From Octopus bimaculoides (taxonomy: Eukaryota), in NCBI RefSeq assembly GCF_001194135.2, contig NC_068987.1, positions 94,986,289 to 95,050,288 on the forward strand: a stretch of DNA of 64,000 nucleotides, written 5' to 3'. The notes beneath the pieces were generated by a model that did no database searches, had not been told where the DNA came from, and worked only from the letters and a program-made list of their open reading frames with translations. Numbering within the stretch: position 1 is the first letter of the stretch; each line of letters begins with the position of its first letter. Made by a program: the position numbers and the translations under genes. This document shows positions 63,048 through 64,000 of the stretch, piece by piece.

Positions 63048-63389
63048 AATATTTATGAATCATCTGTGGATAATTCTTTAGATGTAAACAACAATCATAT
63101 CCATTCCCCGATTCAGTTATCTCTTCCTGCTGGCATCGATTTAACGCCATTTGGGAAAACGGAAAAAGCAGATAACATATATTTCCAATATTTGCTTCCA
63201 TTAAATATTATGACATACATGCGTAATAAATTTCATCCTGGTTGCAAATATAACTGTAATAAAGACAACTTTCATCATAATTTTAGCATGAAGATATGTC
63301 TTCAAACGTCTCCCAACACAGAATTAAGACCACCAAAGAGATGTTGGATTGCGTTTATCACCTCAAAGTCCCTAGTACAAATGCATTGA
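63048..63389 (+). other. Strong splice acceptor followed by a 113-codon open frame; weak exon candidate
   Basis: tttgtttatcgtttcAG|AATATTTATGAA gives NIYESSVDNSLDVNNNHIHSPIQLSLPAGIDLTPFGK...; no family recognised and no compatible upstream exon. Confidence 0.2.
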
Positions 63390-63954
63390 ATGTGTTTTGT
63401 CGGGTATTTAAGCATCTCTTGACTCTACCTATTTAGGTAGTATCTCTATTGGGTATATTTATCAGATTATATGAGCACTTGCGATAAGCTGGCGTTTTAT
63501 GCGGCAGGAGATAACTCCCTCACTTTTGCAATACTGAGAAGACGGATGTATATGCCAATTCATATGAAGATACTCAGAGCTTAGTAATCACTTCAGTTAG
63601 TTTATACCACCAAATGTTACACAAGTAGCTTTCCAAACTTTTAAACTACAGAAATGGTCACAATTACTTCTTTGTTATTCAGTTTTAAAGTTAGTTTTCA
63701 TGGCAAGGGAAATAATACAGTTGCAGCTCAATGAATGTATTCTTAAAAATTTTTTTTTTTATATCATTAAATTTTATTAAGTTCAGAATAATCAGCTTCT
63801 TAGCTGCCTAAATATCCATACCACTCAATTTCACAAGCTCACCGAGTAATTTAAAAATAGCTGGCTTACAGGACTAAGTTCGTATAATATGCAGTTTTAA
63901 AAACTCTTTTCAAGATGCAGTCCCCACTGACAAATTATAATAATCAAAGTTATA

Positions 63955-64000
<46 letters not shown>

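Overview
Repeat-dominated, AT-rich animal genomic DNA from a gapped draft assembly, with many N runs flanked by microsatellites. The SINE families and microsatellite load resemble octopus/cephalopod DNA; this is recognition from memory, not a database result. There is no complete host gene, rRNA, true tRNA or CRISPR array, and most long entries in the ORF track are microsatellite or N-gap artefacts. Supported content: (1) a near full-length decayed L1/Tx1-clade LINE (~1.85-7.9 kb, minus) and a younger 5'-truncated Tx1 copy inside an (ATCT)n tract; (2) R4/Dong, HERO, CR1, RTE and Penelope-like remnants, two mariner relics and a possible DIRS relic; (3) three tRNA-derived SINE families, here called A, B and C, with modular parts; (4) two non-autonomous DNA transposons with GG...CC termini, 8-bp TSDs and internal TTAGGG telomere-type repeats; (5) hammerhead-ribozyme-like remnants and long inverted repeats probably tied to Penelope-like LTRs; (6) a few candidate host exons, the best being a minus-strand first coding exon at 38475-38613 that reads like a mitochondrial presequence. 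All protein-family calls come from hand translation and remembered motifs and need confirmation by search.
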